Of a stretch of 64,000 nucleotides of DNA, positions 48,012 to 57,865 are shown one piece after another (position 1 is the first letter of the stretch; each line of letters opens with the position of its first letter). A program made the translations under genes and the position numbers. The stretch comes from Acidobacteriota bacterium. Its GTDB lineage: Bacteria > Acidobacteriota > UBA6911 > RPQK01 > JADFOI01. The DNA lies in the NCBI GenBank assembly GCA_963663035.1, contig OY760074.1, positions 3,530,684-3,594,683 of the forward strand, read 5' to 3'. The notes beneath the pieces are model-generated. The model made no database searches and was not told the DNA's origin. It was given only the letters and a program-made list of their open reading frames with translations.

Positions 48012-48692
48012 ATGAAACGACTGGTCGTCTTCGATGTGGATGGAACGCTGACGCTCTCCAGGGAGTCTGACGAGAGACTGTTCGCTCAGTCTATTAGAGA
48101 GGTTCTTGGCATAAAAAGTGTCGATACCGAGTGGACCACTTATCGCAATGTGACTGACGTCGGGGTGATAGCGGAACTCATTGAAAGACACGGTCTGGAG
48201 CGGACAGTCCAATCGGTGCATGACCGTTTCATTGCTCTTCTTCGGTCAGAATCGGCTGTGACTCCAAACGCATGTTGCGAGGTCCCAGGGGCGGCAGGGA
48301 TGCTTTCAGTTCTTCGCGAGCATCCAGATTTCGAGTGTGCGGTCGCAACAGGAGCCTGGTGCGACTCAGCCCTAATGAAGCTAGAGGCCGCGGGGTTAGA
48401 GATCGGCGGTCTGCCATTAGCTACATGTGACGATTCTCCTCAACGCGAGGAGATTGTCCAGCAGGATATTGAACGCTCTCGCGCTCAATATCATTTGCCC
48501 ACAGACACACCAGTCACCCTGGGTGGAGATGCTCCGTGGGATGTTCTGGTAGCGACCAACTTGCAGTTCCAGTTTGTAGGGATTGGCAGCGGTCAGCAGG
48601 CTGAACGTCTAGTGGAGTGCGGTGCCAGGCATGGAAAGGAAAACTTCAACGACGTGGACCGCTTTCTGGAATTGGTCGCTCACGTTGAATAG
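48012..48692 (+). CDS. HAD-family hydrolase
   Basis: FDVDGTLT, VATG, GDAPWD. Confidence 0.85.
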   Translation: MKRLVVFDVDGTLTLSRESDERLFAQSIREVLGIKSVDTEWTTYRNVTDVGVIAELIERHGLERTVQSVHDRFIALLRSESAVTPNACCEVPGAAGMLSVLREHPDFECAVATGAWCDSALMKLEAAGLEIGGLPLATCDDSPQREEIVQQDIERSRAQYHLPTDTPVTLGGDAPWDVLVATNLQFQFVGIGSGQQAERLVECGARHGKENFNDVDRFLELVAHVE

Positions 48693-48712
48693 ATGAGCAC
48701 CAACATCCGCGT

Positions 48713-49159
48713 TCATTGGGAAACAATATCTGAGTGCAAGCCGATATGTGCCTCTGCTGCCTCTCTTGGGAGAAGCCTGCCGACTGTGATCTCCTTTCCT
48801 GGAATGTGGTCAAAAACATGCAGGGTAAACTCTTGGAATGTATCCATCATGGCCTGGTCTATCTCTGGAGCTTCTCCTGGTAGAGCAGCCAGGACGTTGT
48901 GGTCTTCGTCGCCGTCTTCAATCTGTTCAAGCAGCGCTATTGGTTCACATTCGACGAGCGTTCCAGTCTTGAGAGACTGTTCCGTGATCACGTAGCAGTC
49001 CAAATTGTCACCGTCCTCACTCGTGGTGTCCAGAATGAAGCCGTAGGGAAAGGGATAGGGTCGAGAGACAGTAATCGTACGCTTGTATTCCAGGGTCTTC
49101 TCGTCATGGAAGTGCTTCTGATCTGATCCAGCTTCGTTCTGAATGAAGACCTTAATCAT
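48713..49159 (-). CDS. ppa: Soluble inorganic pyrophosphatase (family I-like)
   Basis: YPFPYGFILDT.SEDGDNLD, D..D; start 49159 or 49165. Confidence 0.8.
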   Translation of the reverse strand: MIKVFIQNEAGSDQKHFHDEKTLEYKRTITVSRPYPFPYGFILDTTSEDGDNLDCYVITEQSLKTGTLVECEPIALLEQIEDGDEDHNVLAALPGEAPEIDQAMMDTFQEFTLHVFDHIPGKEITVGRLLPREAAEAHIGLHSDIVSQ

Positions 49160-49248
49160 CACCATGTCTCCAAACCGCAATATAGCACGTGAGGTTGAGT
49201 CTAGCCCCTCCCCAGTTGGCTCGCCCGAGTGTTAATATTGCTAAAGCG

Positions 49249-49764
49249 ATGTCGACGGTCCATTTGATCACGGGGCTTCCCTGTGCTGGGAAGACGACTT
49301 ACTCGGAGAGTCTCAAGGCGGAAACTGCTGGTGTCCACCTGTCCTTGGACTATTGGTTAATCACCTCATTTGGACAATATTCCATTGATGAAGTTGGCCA
49401 TGAGAAACATCTTGATCGGGTTATGGCGTGTCGGAAGTTGATTTGGGATGTGGCAACTGAATTACTCAACAGAGACATAGACGTGATCCTGGACGATGGC
49501 TTCTTTCTACGCGAAACTCGTGTGCAGTACTCGGAATTCGCGATCTCACTGGGTGTGGGGAGTAGGACTCATTTTCTGGACACGCCCAAGCACATAATTC
49601 GTTCAAGAGTGTCTGAGCGGAACTTGGCTTTGCCTCGGTTCAATTTTAAGATTCGTTTGGCTTTGCTGGATTGGTTTTTCGAGACTTTTGAGAAACCCTC
49701 AGCAACCGAAGGCCCTGAGTTAGTGGTTATGGCGGAGGACGTGCAAAAGCCGACCGTAAGATAG
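49249..49764 (+). CDS. AAA_33-type P-loop kinase-like protein
   Basis: GLPCAGKTT, DVILDDGF..R..R, R..RN, FEKP. Confidence 0.83.
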   Translation: MSTVHLITGLPCAGKTTYSESLKAETAGVHLSLDYWLITSFGQYSIDEVGHEKHLDRVMACRKLIWDVATELLNRDIDVILDDGFFLRETRVQYSEFAISLGVGSRTHFLDTPKHIIRSRVSERNLALPRFNFKIRLALLDWFFETFEKPSATEGPELVVMAEDVQKPTVR

Positions 49765-49769
49765 ACACC

Positions 49770-50237
49770 TCAGCATCCATCCTCGATTTTCAGATGCACT
49801 ATGAGAATGCCTCTTTGTTGAATCTCATGATCTAGCAGCAACAACAGAGTGGTTCCGAAGTCTTGCTCGATGGTTCCGGCCATTCTATCGCAAGTGATTC
49901 TTCTGTTGAGCTTGTCATCATCTAGGGAAATTATGAAGTCCTGCCTCACTTTCTTCAGCCTTTCCAGTTCCCTGATCAACTGGTCATATTCCTCACGGTC
50001 TTTGACGATTCGACAACCACTACGGCCCAGGTTCTTCCCCAGAAGCCCTGTCTCGAGGGCAGACATGTATGCCTGATCAGAATCGATGAGATGCTGGGCG
50101 ATATCCGCAAAGCTCATCGTTGCATCTGTGCGCTTCCAGTTTTCCTTTCCCTGAGGAACAGATCTTAAGCGTTTCAGCGGGGACTCCCTGATCGAAGATG
50201 AGAAGCCTGCCAATCGCCTGAGGGCATCTTGGTCCAT
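49770..50237 (-). CDS. DinB/YfiT-family protein
   Basis: W......SFADIAQHL ... HEIQQRG pattern. Confidence 0.75.
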   Translation of the reverse strand: MDQDALRRLAGFSSSIRESPLKRLRSVPQGKENWKRTDATMSFADIAQHLIDSDQAYMSALETGLLGKNLGRSGCRIVKDREEYDQLIRELERLKKVRQDFIISLDDDKLNRRITCDRMAGTIEQDFGTTLLLLLDHEIQQRGILIVHLKIEDGC

Positions 50238-50260
50238 AAGCTCGTTGTTATGATGACATG

Positions 50261-50908
50261 CTAGATGAATGCGGTCTTCAGATCGGCCGGGGTTTCCATA
50301 GTCAATTCCGGCCCAGCCTGCACAATCTCATTGTGATCGCCAAAACCCCAAAGCACACCCGCAGAGTCGAGATGGTTCAGCCGGGCCGCTTCGATATCTA
50401 TGGATCGATCTCCGATCATGATCGACCGGTGCTCTATGACGTTACGCTTTAGTAAGCCACCCAGTTGGTCCGACTTACTAATGCCAATATCCCCGCCGTC
50501 GATGAACTTGAATAGTTCCAATAGATGAAAGAGGTCTAGTATCTTCTCGGCGAAGTCCGCTCGTTTGGAGGTGCATAGTCCCAACCTAAAACCATTCGAC
50601 TTTAGTGTTTTTAGTGCATCGACAATCCCGTCATAAAGCCTGTTTTCTGAGTAGCCGACGTCGTGATATCGCTTGCGGTAGTCGGAAACCAGGAGTACAA
50701 CTTTAGCTTCGTCGGCATCGGGAGCTAAAGTGCGGAAAGTCCAATCTATCGGTGGCCCGATGAATTGTGAGACAGTGTCTTCGTTGATCTTGTCGTAGCC
50801 CTGCGACGCTAGGGCAAAGTTGATGCTTCTGCTAATCCCTTTGCTAGGGTTACTAATCGTTCCGTCTAAATCAAAAATGAGTGTGTGATATTCCACTGTA
50901 GGCTTCAT
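50261..50908 (-). CDS. HAD-family phosphatase (Gph/5'-nucleotidase-like)
   Basis: FDLDGTI, FIGPP, CTSK, MIGDR..D, GVLWGFG. Confidence 0.9.
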   Translation of the reverse strand: MKPTVEYHTLIFDLDGTISNPSKGISRSINFALASQGYDKINEDTVSQFIGPPIDWTFRTLAPDADEAKVVLLVSDYRKRYHDVGYSENRLYDGIVDALKTLKSNGFRLGLCTSKRADFAEKILDLFHLLELFKFIDGGDIGISKSDQLGGLLKRNVIEHRSIMIGDRSIDIEAARLNHLDSAGVLWGFGDHNEIVQAGPELTMETPADLKTAFI

Positions 50909-50971
50909 AACCGAAAGGTCTCAGCACGTTCCAGTTAACAGACTTTGTGGCAGCCAGCTCGAGCAGCACTT

Positions 50972-51421
50972 CTAGCTCGATTTCCACTTTCTGCGCTTTG
51001 GTTCTCCGCCTTCATAGATCGTTGAGATGACTTCTTCGACACTCAGTCCGAACAACACGTAACGCTCCCTAGGATTAAATTCGATCTTTCTGGCTTGCGC
51101 AAAGGCCTTTTCCCGGACGTCGCTATCCTCAACTACTCGAGCTTGTCCGCGGACGAGAAATTCCCCCTGGCCACCAGCGCTATCTTCAGCCGCACAGTGC
51201 ATTGCGTACCATGGATTCCTACGCAGATCCTGACCTTTCGGAGAGCTCGGTTCCATGTACACATACAGATCGCCATATGAGATGAAAGGAGATACCGGAT
51301 GGACTCGGGGCGTTCCGTCACGACGTGACGTGCCCAAGTATGCAATCCTTGAATGAAGTCGCTTCCTGCCGTAAGAGGCTAGATCAGGCGCAGACGTTTC
51401 GAATTCTTCCCAAGTTGCCAA
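50972..51421 (-). CDS. Pyridoxamine 5'-phosphate oxidase-like split-barrel protein
   Basis: AYLGT.R.DGTPRVHPV.P, SPK..DL.RNP. Confidence 0.85.
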   Translation of the reverse strand: MATWEEFETSAPDLASYGRKRLHSRIAYLGTSRRDGTPRVHPVSPFISYGDLYVYMEPSSPKGQDLRRNPWYAMHCAAEDSAGGQGEFLVRGQARVVEDSDVREKAFAQARKIEFNPRERYVLFGLSVEEVISTIYEGGEPKRRKWKSS

Positions 51422-51454
51422 AAGAAAACCTTCCTACGTGCTTTGGACGGACGG

Positions 51455-52102
51455 CTATTGATCGTTCAGGCAAAGTGGCAGAATCTCTGCCAGCCTGTGT
51501 ACCGTCGGCACATTGTCCGTCGTCAGTGTCCAGTAGGGGACGAATCTCCATACGGCGACCAGACCAGCTCTCTTGGCGCCCGCCACGTCCACCTCTGGAT
51601 GATCCCCAACAAACAGTGCTTCGCCTTGCTCGACACCGCATCGCTCGAGAGCCCGGTGAAATATCTCCGATTCTGGCTTTCTCACACCCTCGGATCCAGA
51701 TATGAGGACCGTGTCAAACACCGATGATATCCTCAAGAACTCGAGCTTCTTCCGGTGCTCCTGCAACGTCTCCAACGTGGTCCGTGTGTCATCGGGCAGG
51801 CGAGGTTTTGGCGTTGCGGGATCAACCTTGCAACGGCCATCGTAGTCTGACCAGAAATGCTCAAGAAGCCGGGCAGCCAGTTCCGGGCCGGCCCCCCATT
51901 CTTCGGCCGCCTGTCTATACGCCTTCAACTTACTACCGTAGCCATGATTCTCCAGCTCGAGGAGTCGCTGTACAAACTGGTCCTTGCCTACGCCGTCGAG
52001 CTCAGCCCGAAAGACCTCAAACTGATAGGAAAAGAGGTCCGCAACAAAGGCATCGCGATCGTACAGGGTGCCATCTAGGTCGAAAAACACAGCCTTTATC
52101 AT
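51455..52102 (-). CDS. HAD-family hydrolase, probably degenerate
   Basis: FDLDGTL, RKPESEIF, VGDHPEVDVAGA; motif II segment (xxTNG) absent. Confidence 0.75.
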   Translation of the reverse strand: MIKAVFFDLDGTLYDRDAFVADLFSYQFEVFRAELDGVGKDQFVQRLLELENHGYGSKLKAYRQAAEEWGAGPELAARLLEHFWSDYDGRCKVDPATPKPRLPDDTRTTLETLQEHRKKLEFLRISSVFDTVLISGSEGVRKPESEIFHRALERCGVEQGEALFVGDHPEVDVAGAKRAGLVAVWRFVPYWTLTTDNVPTVHRLAEILPLCLNDQ

Positions 52103-52648
52103 TCACGCTGGCAAGAGGGGACCAATCAGTCCAGGCGTCACCTATTGAACTGCGAATCTGCGGTCTTCAGACCTCCACCTACTCCTTTCTGCTAATTTGT
52201 CTACGACATTTCTACCACAGAGTGGCCCGAAGCAGAGGAAAAACAGGGTGAAGCGGTCCAGTGTGGGACCGGAAGACGCTGGGATGTTGGATTACGACAC
52301 GGAAAGGGAGAATCGGGGGGAGCAGGTCACAGCAACTAGCTGTGCACGGTTTCATGCCTCACATGGTGAGAAGGACACAGCCCAGGCCCTACTGCTGCGG
52401 ATCAATCGAGAGCCTTAGCGGCTAGCAATTAACCCCAGTCTTCTCTTGCTGCTATCCAGGCGGTGAGTGTGGTGACGGCTACAATTGACATCATGAAGAT
52501 CATGTTCTTTTTATACCCTAAAGGGCTGGGAGACGCTGTGACCCAGGTCACTAAACTCTTTGGGCGAGCAGATCTGCGCGGAGAGAATGAAGGTTCGTAG
52601 TGACATTTCGAAATTCGAAGCGTTAATATCTAGTACAGTTTGTAGCTC

Positions 52649-53197
52649 ATGCATTCTAGCCCACCCAACTCCAGAGGCAAGTTCACAGGTTCCCGGAGTT
52701 ACGAGACGTGGGTTTTCTTGCTCATTAATCTGGTTGCCGCTTACTTTTTTACGCAGCTGCGATTTGAGTTAGGCCGCGAGTACCCAAGGGCCTCTTACAC
52801 GGCTCTTGCGGATTTCACTGCTCCTCTGCCATTCCAAGCCCGAGTTCTTATCCCAGCCTTAATTCGATCTACTGGTTCATTGCTGGGCGGAGAGGTTGCG
52901 CCCATGCTGTTGGCCTGGATTTTCGATTTCTTCGCCATTGTGTTGGCAGTCATTGGCTTTAGGAGATACCTCAGGGCGTGGCTTTCACCTTACAGCTGCT
53001 CCTTCGCCGCGATACTACTTTACCTCCTTCTTCCCTTTCACTTTCTTTTCCTTGGTCAACGTAACCTCTACCCCTATGACTTACCCGCTCTTGCCTTTAT
53101 CGCATGGGGGCTTGTGTTGGGGCGAGAGCGAAATTGGAAGTTCTATTACCCCCTCTTCTTCTTTGCCTGGAGCTACCCTCAAAAGGTGTGTAAATAG
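52649..53197 (+). pseudogene. Membrane protein fragment truncated by IS256
   Basis: Hydrophobic segments, PFQARVL.P, YPYDLP; last codons lie in the IS end. Confidence 0.6.
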
Positions 53198-54548
53198 CAC
53201 AGGCGGTGATTATCCTTCCGGGTGAAAATAAAAACCCGGGCGGAAGAGCCCGAAAGGAAGGAGTCACACCGCCATGAGCAAGAAGAACATTGATCACAGT
53301 GTGGAGTCAAGAGTCTGCTTTGAACAGCTGGAAGAGTGGGTGCGAGAGCAGATCCAGTTTTACGTACAGGAACTGCTGGAGGATGAAGTGACACAGCTGC
53401 TGGGACGAAGAAAGAATGAGCGTCGCCGAGAAGTGGACGCCTCCGGTGGCTATCGCAACGGCTACGGCAAGGAGCGGCGACTGACGATGAGTTGCGGAAC
53501 GATCAAGCTGCGGCGTCCCCGAGTGCGGGATCTGGAAGAGCGTTTTGAGAGCCGGGTCTTGCCGCTGTTTGCCAAGCGAACGCGAGAGGTACGAGACTTG
53601 ATTCCAGAACTCTATTTACATGGTCTGGCCGAGGGGGATTTCGATCTGGCCTTGAGAGGGCTTTTAGGGGAAGAAGCGCCGCTGTCCCCCAGCACCGTAG
53701 CCCGGTTGAAACAGAAGTGGCAGGGAGAAATGGAGGCCTGGCAGAGCCGTCGGCTGGATGATCTGGAAGTCGTGTATTTGTGGGCGGACGGCGTGTACAT
53801 CAAAGCAGGGCTGGAGAAGGAGAAGGCCGTGATTCTGGTAGTGATCGCCGCTTTAAGTGATGGCACTAAAGTGGTGGTGTCCGTCAGTAGTGGTTATCGA
53901 GAATCGACCCAGAGCTGGTCCGCAGTGCTGCGGGATCTCAAAGAGCGGGGGATGAACCCACCCCGTCTGGTGATCGCTGACGGGCATCTGGGGATCTGGG
54001 GAGCGTTGCGCAACGTGTTCCCAGAAGCCGACGAGCAGAGATGCTGGAATCATCGCATCGTCAACTTGCTGGCCAAGATCCCCAAGAGTCGGCACAAAGC
54101 GGCCTTGTTGATGTTGCGGCAGATCCCTTATGCAGAAACACGGCAGGAAGCCGAGCGAGTCAAAGGACGATTCCAACATTGGTGTAGCAAGAGAGGCCTG
54201 GAGGCAGCGGCTGATCTGATCGACCAGGACTGGGAGCGGATGGTGACGTTTTACAACTATCCCAAACAGCAGTGGCAACATCTGCGGACTACCAACCCAG
54301 TGGAGTCTCCCTTCTCTGCTCTGCGACTGCGAACCGATGCTGCTCGAAGGTTCAAGAAAGTGGCCAACGCACGGGCTGTCATCTGGAAGATGCTGCTGGT
54401 CGCTGAGAAGAGATTTCGCCGTTTGAAGGCTCCCCACTTGATGAAGGATGTCTACCAAGGAGCCCAATATGTCAATGGAGTTCCAGTCAACCCAGTCACC
54501 CAGGAGAAAGCCGCCTGATGTCTATTTACACACTTATTGACGGAACCT
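53171..54548 (+). mobile_element. IS256-family insertion sequence
   Basis: Imperfect IRs AGCTACCCTCAAAAGGTGTGTAAATAG / CTATTTACACACTTATTGACGGAACCT; no target duplication visible. Confidence 0.9.
53274..54518 (+). CDS. IS256 (Mutator-type) transposase
   Basis: YRNGY, WADG, RES..SW, IADG.LG, QRCWNH, RTTNPVES. Confidence 0.94.
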   Translation: MSKKNIDHSVESRVCFEQLEEWVREQIQFYVQELLEDEVTQLLGRRKNERRREVDASGGYRNGYGKERRLTMSCGTIKLRRPRVRDLEERFESRVLPLFAKRTREVRDLIPELYLHGLAEGDFDLALRGLLGEEAPLSPSTVARLKQKWQGEMEAWQSRRLDDLEVVYLWADGVYIKAGLEKEKAVILVVIAALSDGTKVVVSVSSGYRESTQSWSAVLRDLKERGMNPPRLVIADGHLGIWGALRNVFPEADEQRCWNHRIVNLLAKIPKSRHKAALLMLRQIPYAETRQEAERVKGRFQHWCSKRGLEAAADLIDQDWERMVTFYNYPKQQWQHLRTTNPVESPFSALRLRTDAARRFKKVANARAVIWKMLLVAEKRFRRLKAPHLMKDVYQGAQYVNGVPVNPVTQEKAA

Positions 54549-54775
54549 GCAGTTTGTTTGTCAACATGCAGGTCCACTTTAGTAACGAAGTCATGACCTA
54601 CTCTATGAACTCCATCGAGATCCTTGCACCCGAGATTCCAGTGGACACGCGTCTACGCTTGCGACTGGACTTCTTCTGCATTAGAGATGCCGAAGACTTT
54701 TACCAGCTGAATGAGAAGCTTCACAGGCTATCAGAGGATACCGGCACGGTACTACCGGCCTTTGATCCGGTGTAG
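54549..54775 (+). pseudogene. 3' fragment of an unknown gene beyond the IS256 right end
   Basis: Open, protein-like frame beginning at the IS boundary. Confidence 0.4.
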
Positions 54776-54884
54776 CCGGAATAAGGCATAATCCCGCCTA
54801 GCCACTCTCCTGTCCCCACGTTTCCCTTCCGACTGATTCATTGTAGAATCAAAATCCTCATCGACGGCACTACAGCTGTGAAAA

Positions 54885-56822
54885 ATGCTTGAAGCCATCG
54901 TCACAGGAACACTCACCATTTTTCAGCCGGATATCCTGGTGCTCATTGTCATCGGGGTGGTCATCGGCCTCCTGTTTGGAATTCTCCCGGGTCTCAGCGG
55001 GATTGTGGCCCTGGCCATTCTCACCCCTCTGATTTATGACATGGAGCGCGTCCATGCTCTGACCTTCCTGCTGGCGGTTCACTCGGTCGTCTACTCGGGG
55101 GGAGCCGTGACCGCCATCCTCCTCAATATTCCAGGGGCTTCACCCAATGCAGCCACCCTCATTGATGGCTTTCCCTTAACGAAAAAAGGAAAGTCCGGCC
55201 AGGCCCTGGGTGCAGCCTTCGTCGCCTCCATGCTGGGAGGATGCTTCGGGGCTTTCGTGCTGGCTGCCCTGATTCCAGTGGTCTCCAGCGTGGTGATGGT
55301 CTTTGGCTCACCCGAAACATTTTTTTTCGGGATCCTTGCCCTCTCTTTCATCGCCATCATCTCCAGGGAATCTACTGTGAAAGGGCTGGTCTCCGGAGGA
55401 GTGGGTATCTTGTTTTCTTTCGTGGGCTATCAGGGACTGACCGGGGTGCCGCGATTTACTTTTGGCAGCCTCTACCTTTACGACGGCATCAAACTGATTC
55501 CGCTGGTTCTGGGGCTCTTCGCAATTCCGACCCTCTTGGATTTGGCCACAAAAGGCAAAGCGCTGGCCCAGGTTGAGAGGCCTGGCACGGCTATCAAGGC
55601 GGATCTAGTGGAGGGAATCCGAAGCGCTTTGAGCCACTGGTGGCTGGTCCTGCGCTGTTCTGCGATTGGATGTGTGGTGGGAATCATTCCAGGCGTGGGC
55701 GGCGAGACGGCGCCTTTTGTTGCCTATGGTTATGCGAAACAAACTTCAAAGCATTCCCAGGAATTCGGCTCCGGCCATATCGAAGGAGTCATCGCACCCG
55801 AAAGCGCCAACAATGCCAAGGAAGGTGGTGCCCTCTTGCCTACCTTGGCCTTTGGAATTCCTGGAAGTGCCTCGATGGCGATCTTGTTGGGAGCCTTCTT
55901 AATTGTGGGTCTGACACCTGGGCCCGCTCTGTTGACCGATCATGCCGATATCGTCTTCTCGCTGATTGCGACCCTGGTTTTAGCCAATGTACTGGCCTGT
56001 ATCCTGATTCTGCTCCTCACAAACAGCTTGGCAAAAGTTGCCTTCGTGCGGGCTCCTATCCTGTTTCCCGTGATCCTTATCCTGATCACGGTGGGAGCCT
56101 TCAGTACCGAGACAAACATTTCAGATCTCTTCATGATGCTGCTTCTGGGAGCCTTCGGCTGGGCCATGAAAGCCCTTGGCTACAATCTCCCGGCACTGCT
56201 TCTGGGCTTTATCCTGGGCCAGATCGTGGAGACCAATCTGTACATCTCCTTAGGCGCCTATGGAAGCACCTTCTTCCTGAGACCGGTGTCGATGGTTCTG
56301 ATCGCTTTGACCCTGGCCGGACTCGTTTATACTCACAGGACTAGGCAACGTGTGGCGCCCGCTTCTTCAGACTCCACTTCGGTGTTTGGCTTCGCCTTCA
56401 CCTTCCTGCTCTTCGCCATTTCTCTGTCCGGGCTGGCCCTTTCTCTTCAATACTCTCCGCGGGCGATGTTGGGACCGTGGGTCATTGGAATTCCCATGAT
56501 CGGCCTTCTCTCCACAGAACTTTATTCCCAAACCAGGCATTTGAGGTGGGCACAATTCCTATCGGACCTCCGTCCTGGTCAATATGGCTCTTCCATCCGG
56601 GCTTCCCTATCGATCCTTTGCTTCGTGTTGGGAATTTACCTGGTAGGATTTACTTTTGTGCTTCCGGTCTTTACCGTTGTTTACTTGCGGATACACAAGG
56701 AGAGTTGGTTGTTGTCTCTGAGCCTTGCGCTCGTCCTTTCTCTCACAATACATCTCTTGTTTGTTCAACTCCTCTCGGTACCCCTCTATCCGGGAATCCT
56801 TCTAGGTGGGTCCCCAACCTGA
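54885..56822 (+). CDS. tctA: Tripartite tricarboxylate transporter TctA fused to a TctB-like C-terminal domain
   Basis: G.LPGL, AILLNIPG.....AT..DG, GVIAPESANNAKEGG..LP.L.FGIPG; about 150 extra C-terminal aa with 4-5 TM ending F..LLSVPLY.G. Confidence 0.88.
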   Translation: MLEAIVTGTLTIFQPDILVLIVIGVVIGLLFGILPGLSGIVALAILTPLIYDMERVHALTFLLAVHSVVYSGGAVTAILLNIPGASPNAATLIDGFPLTKKGKSGQALGAAFVASMLGGCFGAFVLAALIPVVSSVVMVFGSPETFFFGILALSFIAIISRESTVKGLVSGGVGILFSFVGYQGLTGVPRFTFGSLYLYDGIKLIPLVLGLFAIPTLLDLATKGKALAQVERPGTAIKADLVEGIRSALSHWWLVLRCSAIGCVVGIIPGVGGETAPFVAYGYAKQTSKHSQEFGSGHIEGVIAPESANNAKEGGALLPTLAFGIPGSASMAILLGAFLIVGLTPGPALLTDHADIVFSLIATLVLANVLACILILLLTNSLAKVAFVRAPILFPVILILITVGAFSTETNISDLFMMLLLGAFGWAMKALGYNLPALLLGFILGQIVETNLYISLGAYGSTFFLRPVSMVLIALTLAGLVYTHRTRQRVAPASSDSTSVFGFAFTFLLFAISLSGLALSLQYSPRAMLGPWVIGIPMIGLLSTELYSQTRHLRWAQFLSDLRPGQYGSSIRASLSILCFVLGIYLVGFTFVLPVFTVVYLRIHKESWLLSLSLALVLSLTIHLLFVQLLSVPLYPGILLGGSPT

Positions 56823-56838
56823 TTGAACTGGAGCATTG

Positions 56839-57861
56839 ATGCGATTTTCTCCATGGGCCGCGTTGGTTATTGTGCTGCTGCAAGTGGGTTGCCAACAGGA
56901 CTCGACTGCCCTGGCGCCAGAGGATTTTTACAGGGGGAGGGTACTGGAGATCATCGTTCCGACTTCCCCGGGGGGCGGCTACGATGCCTGGGCCCGCATG
57001 ATGGCTCCCGAGCTCTCAAAACACACTGGAGCCACCGTCATCGTGAGAAACATGCCGGGAGCAGGAGGACTCCTTTCTCTCAATTATCTTTACAATTCGG
57101 CCCGAAAGGATGGGTTAACCATCGGAATCGCCACTGCCGTAGGACCCTACGTGAATCAAATCCTGGAAAGTGAATCCGCCCGCTATGACCTTCGTCAATT
57201 TAACTGGCTGGGCCGCTTCAGTTACGACTCCTGGGCTCTAGCGGTGGGAGGCACCTTTGAAGACCCATCGCTTGAGACCTTCAAGACACTTCCGGCTTTC
57301 AAACTGGGCACCATGAGCAAATACGACATGTACTCCATTCGCACCGTCTTGCTCACGGAAGCTCTACAAATTGAAAATGTCCGCCTGGTAGCGGGGTATC
57401 GTGGGAAATCCGACGTAGAGCTGGCCATCATGCGCAACGAGGTCCATGCCTTTTGCGTTTCAGTCCTCCCGGCATTGGATTCTTTCCAGGCCGGGCTCTT
57501 CACTCCACTGGTGGTGGTCAACAACGTTCGTGTGGAGGAAATCCCAGATGTGCCCACAATATTCGAGTTCCCCGATATTACTGAAGAGGCACGAAAATGG
57601 CTGGAGTGGGAACTGGCCTTGGAGAAAATTGGGCGCGCCGTGATCAGCCCTCCGGGAGTCCCCAGCCAACGAGTTGAGTTCTTGCACACCTCCCTTCAAA
57701 AGAGCCTGGAGAGTGAGGATTTCATTGCTTCTACGGCCCGGCGGAACCTCTACGTTCATTATTTACCGGGAGAGGAGATCCAGGGCATGGTCGAGGGCGT
57801 CCTTGAAATGGACGCCCGGGAGCAGCAAGATCTCACGCAGATGATCGATAAATATTTTTAG
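56839..57861 (+). CDS. tctC: TTT substrate-binding protein (Bug/TctC), probable lipoprotein
   Basis: FY.G....IVPTSPGGGYD..AR, NMPGAGG, DG.TI, PDVPT, PPGVP; lipobox-like LQVGC. Confidence 0.9.
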   Translation: MRFSPWAALVIVLLQVGCQQDSTALAPEDFYRGRVLEIIVPTSPGGGYDAWARMMAPELSKHTGATVIVRNMPGAGGLLSLNYLYNSARKDGLTIGIATAVGPYVNQILESESARYDLRQFNWLGRFSYDSWALAVGGTFEDPSLETFKTLPAFKLGTMSKYDMYSIRTVLLTEALQIENVRLVAGYRGKSDVELAIMRNEVHAFCVSVLPALDSFQAGLFTPLVVVNNVRVEEIPDVPTIFEFPDITEEARKWLEWELALEKIGRAVISPPGVPSQRVEFLHTSLQKSLESEDFIASTARRNLYVHYLPGEEIQGMVEGVLEMDAREQQDLTQMIDKYF

Positions 57862-57865
57862 CGAT

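Noticed and set aside
40797-54800. Intact prophage or integrative element at tRNA-Ser
   Set aside because: No integrase, phage or conjugation genes, and no duplicated tRNA 3' end found by eye
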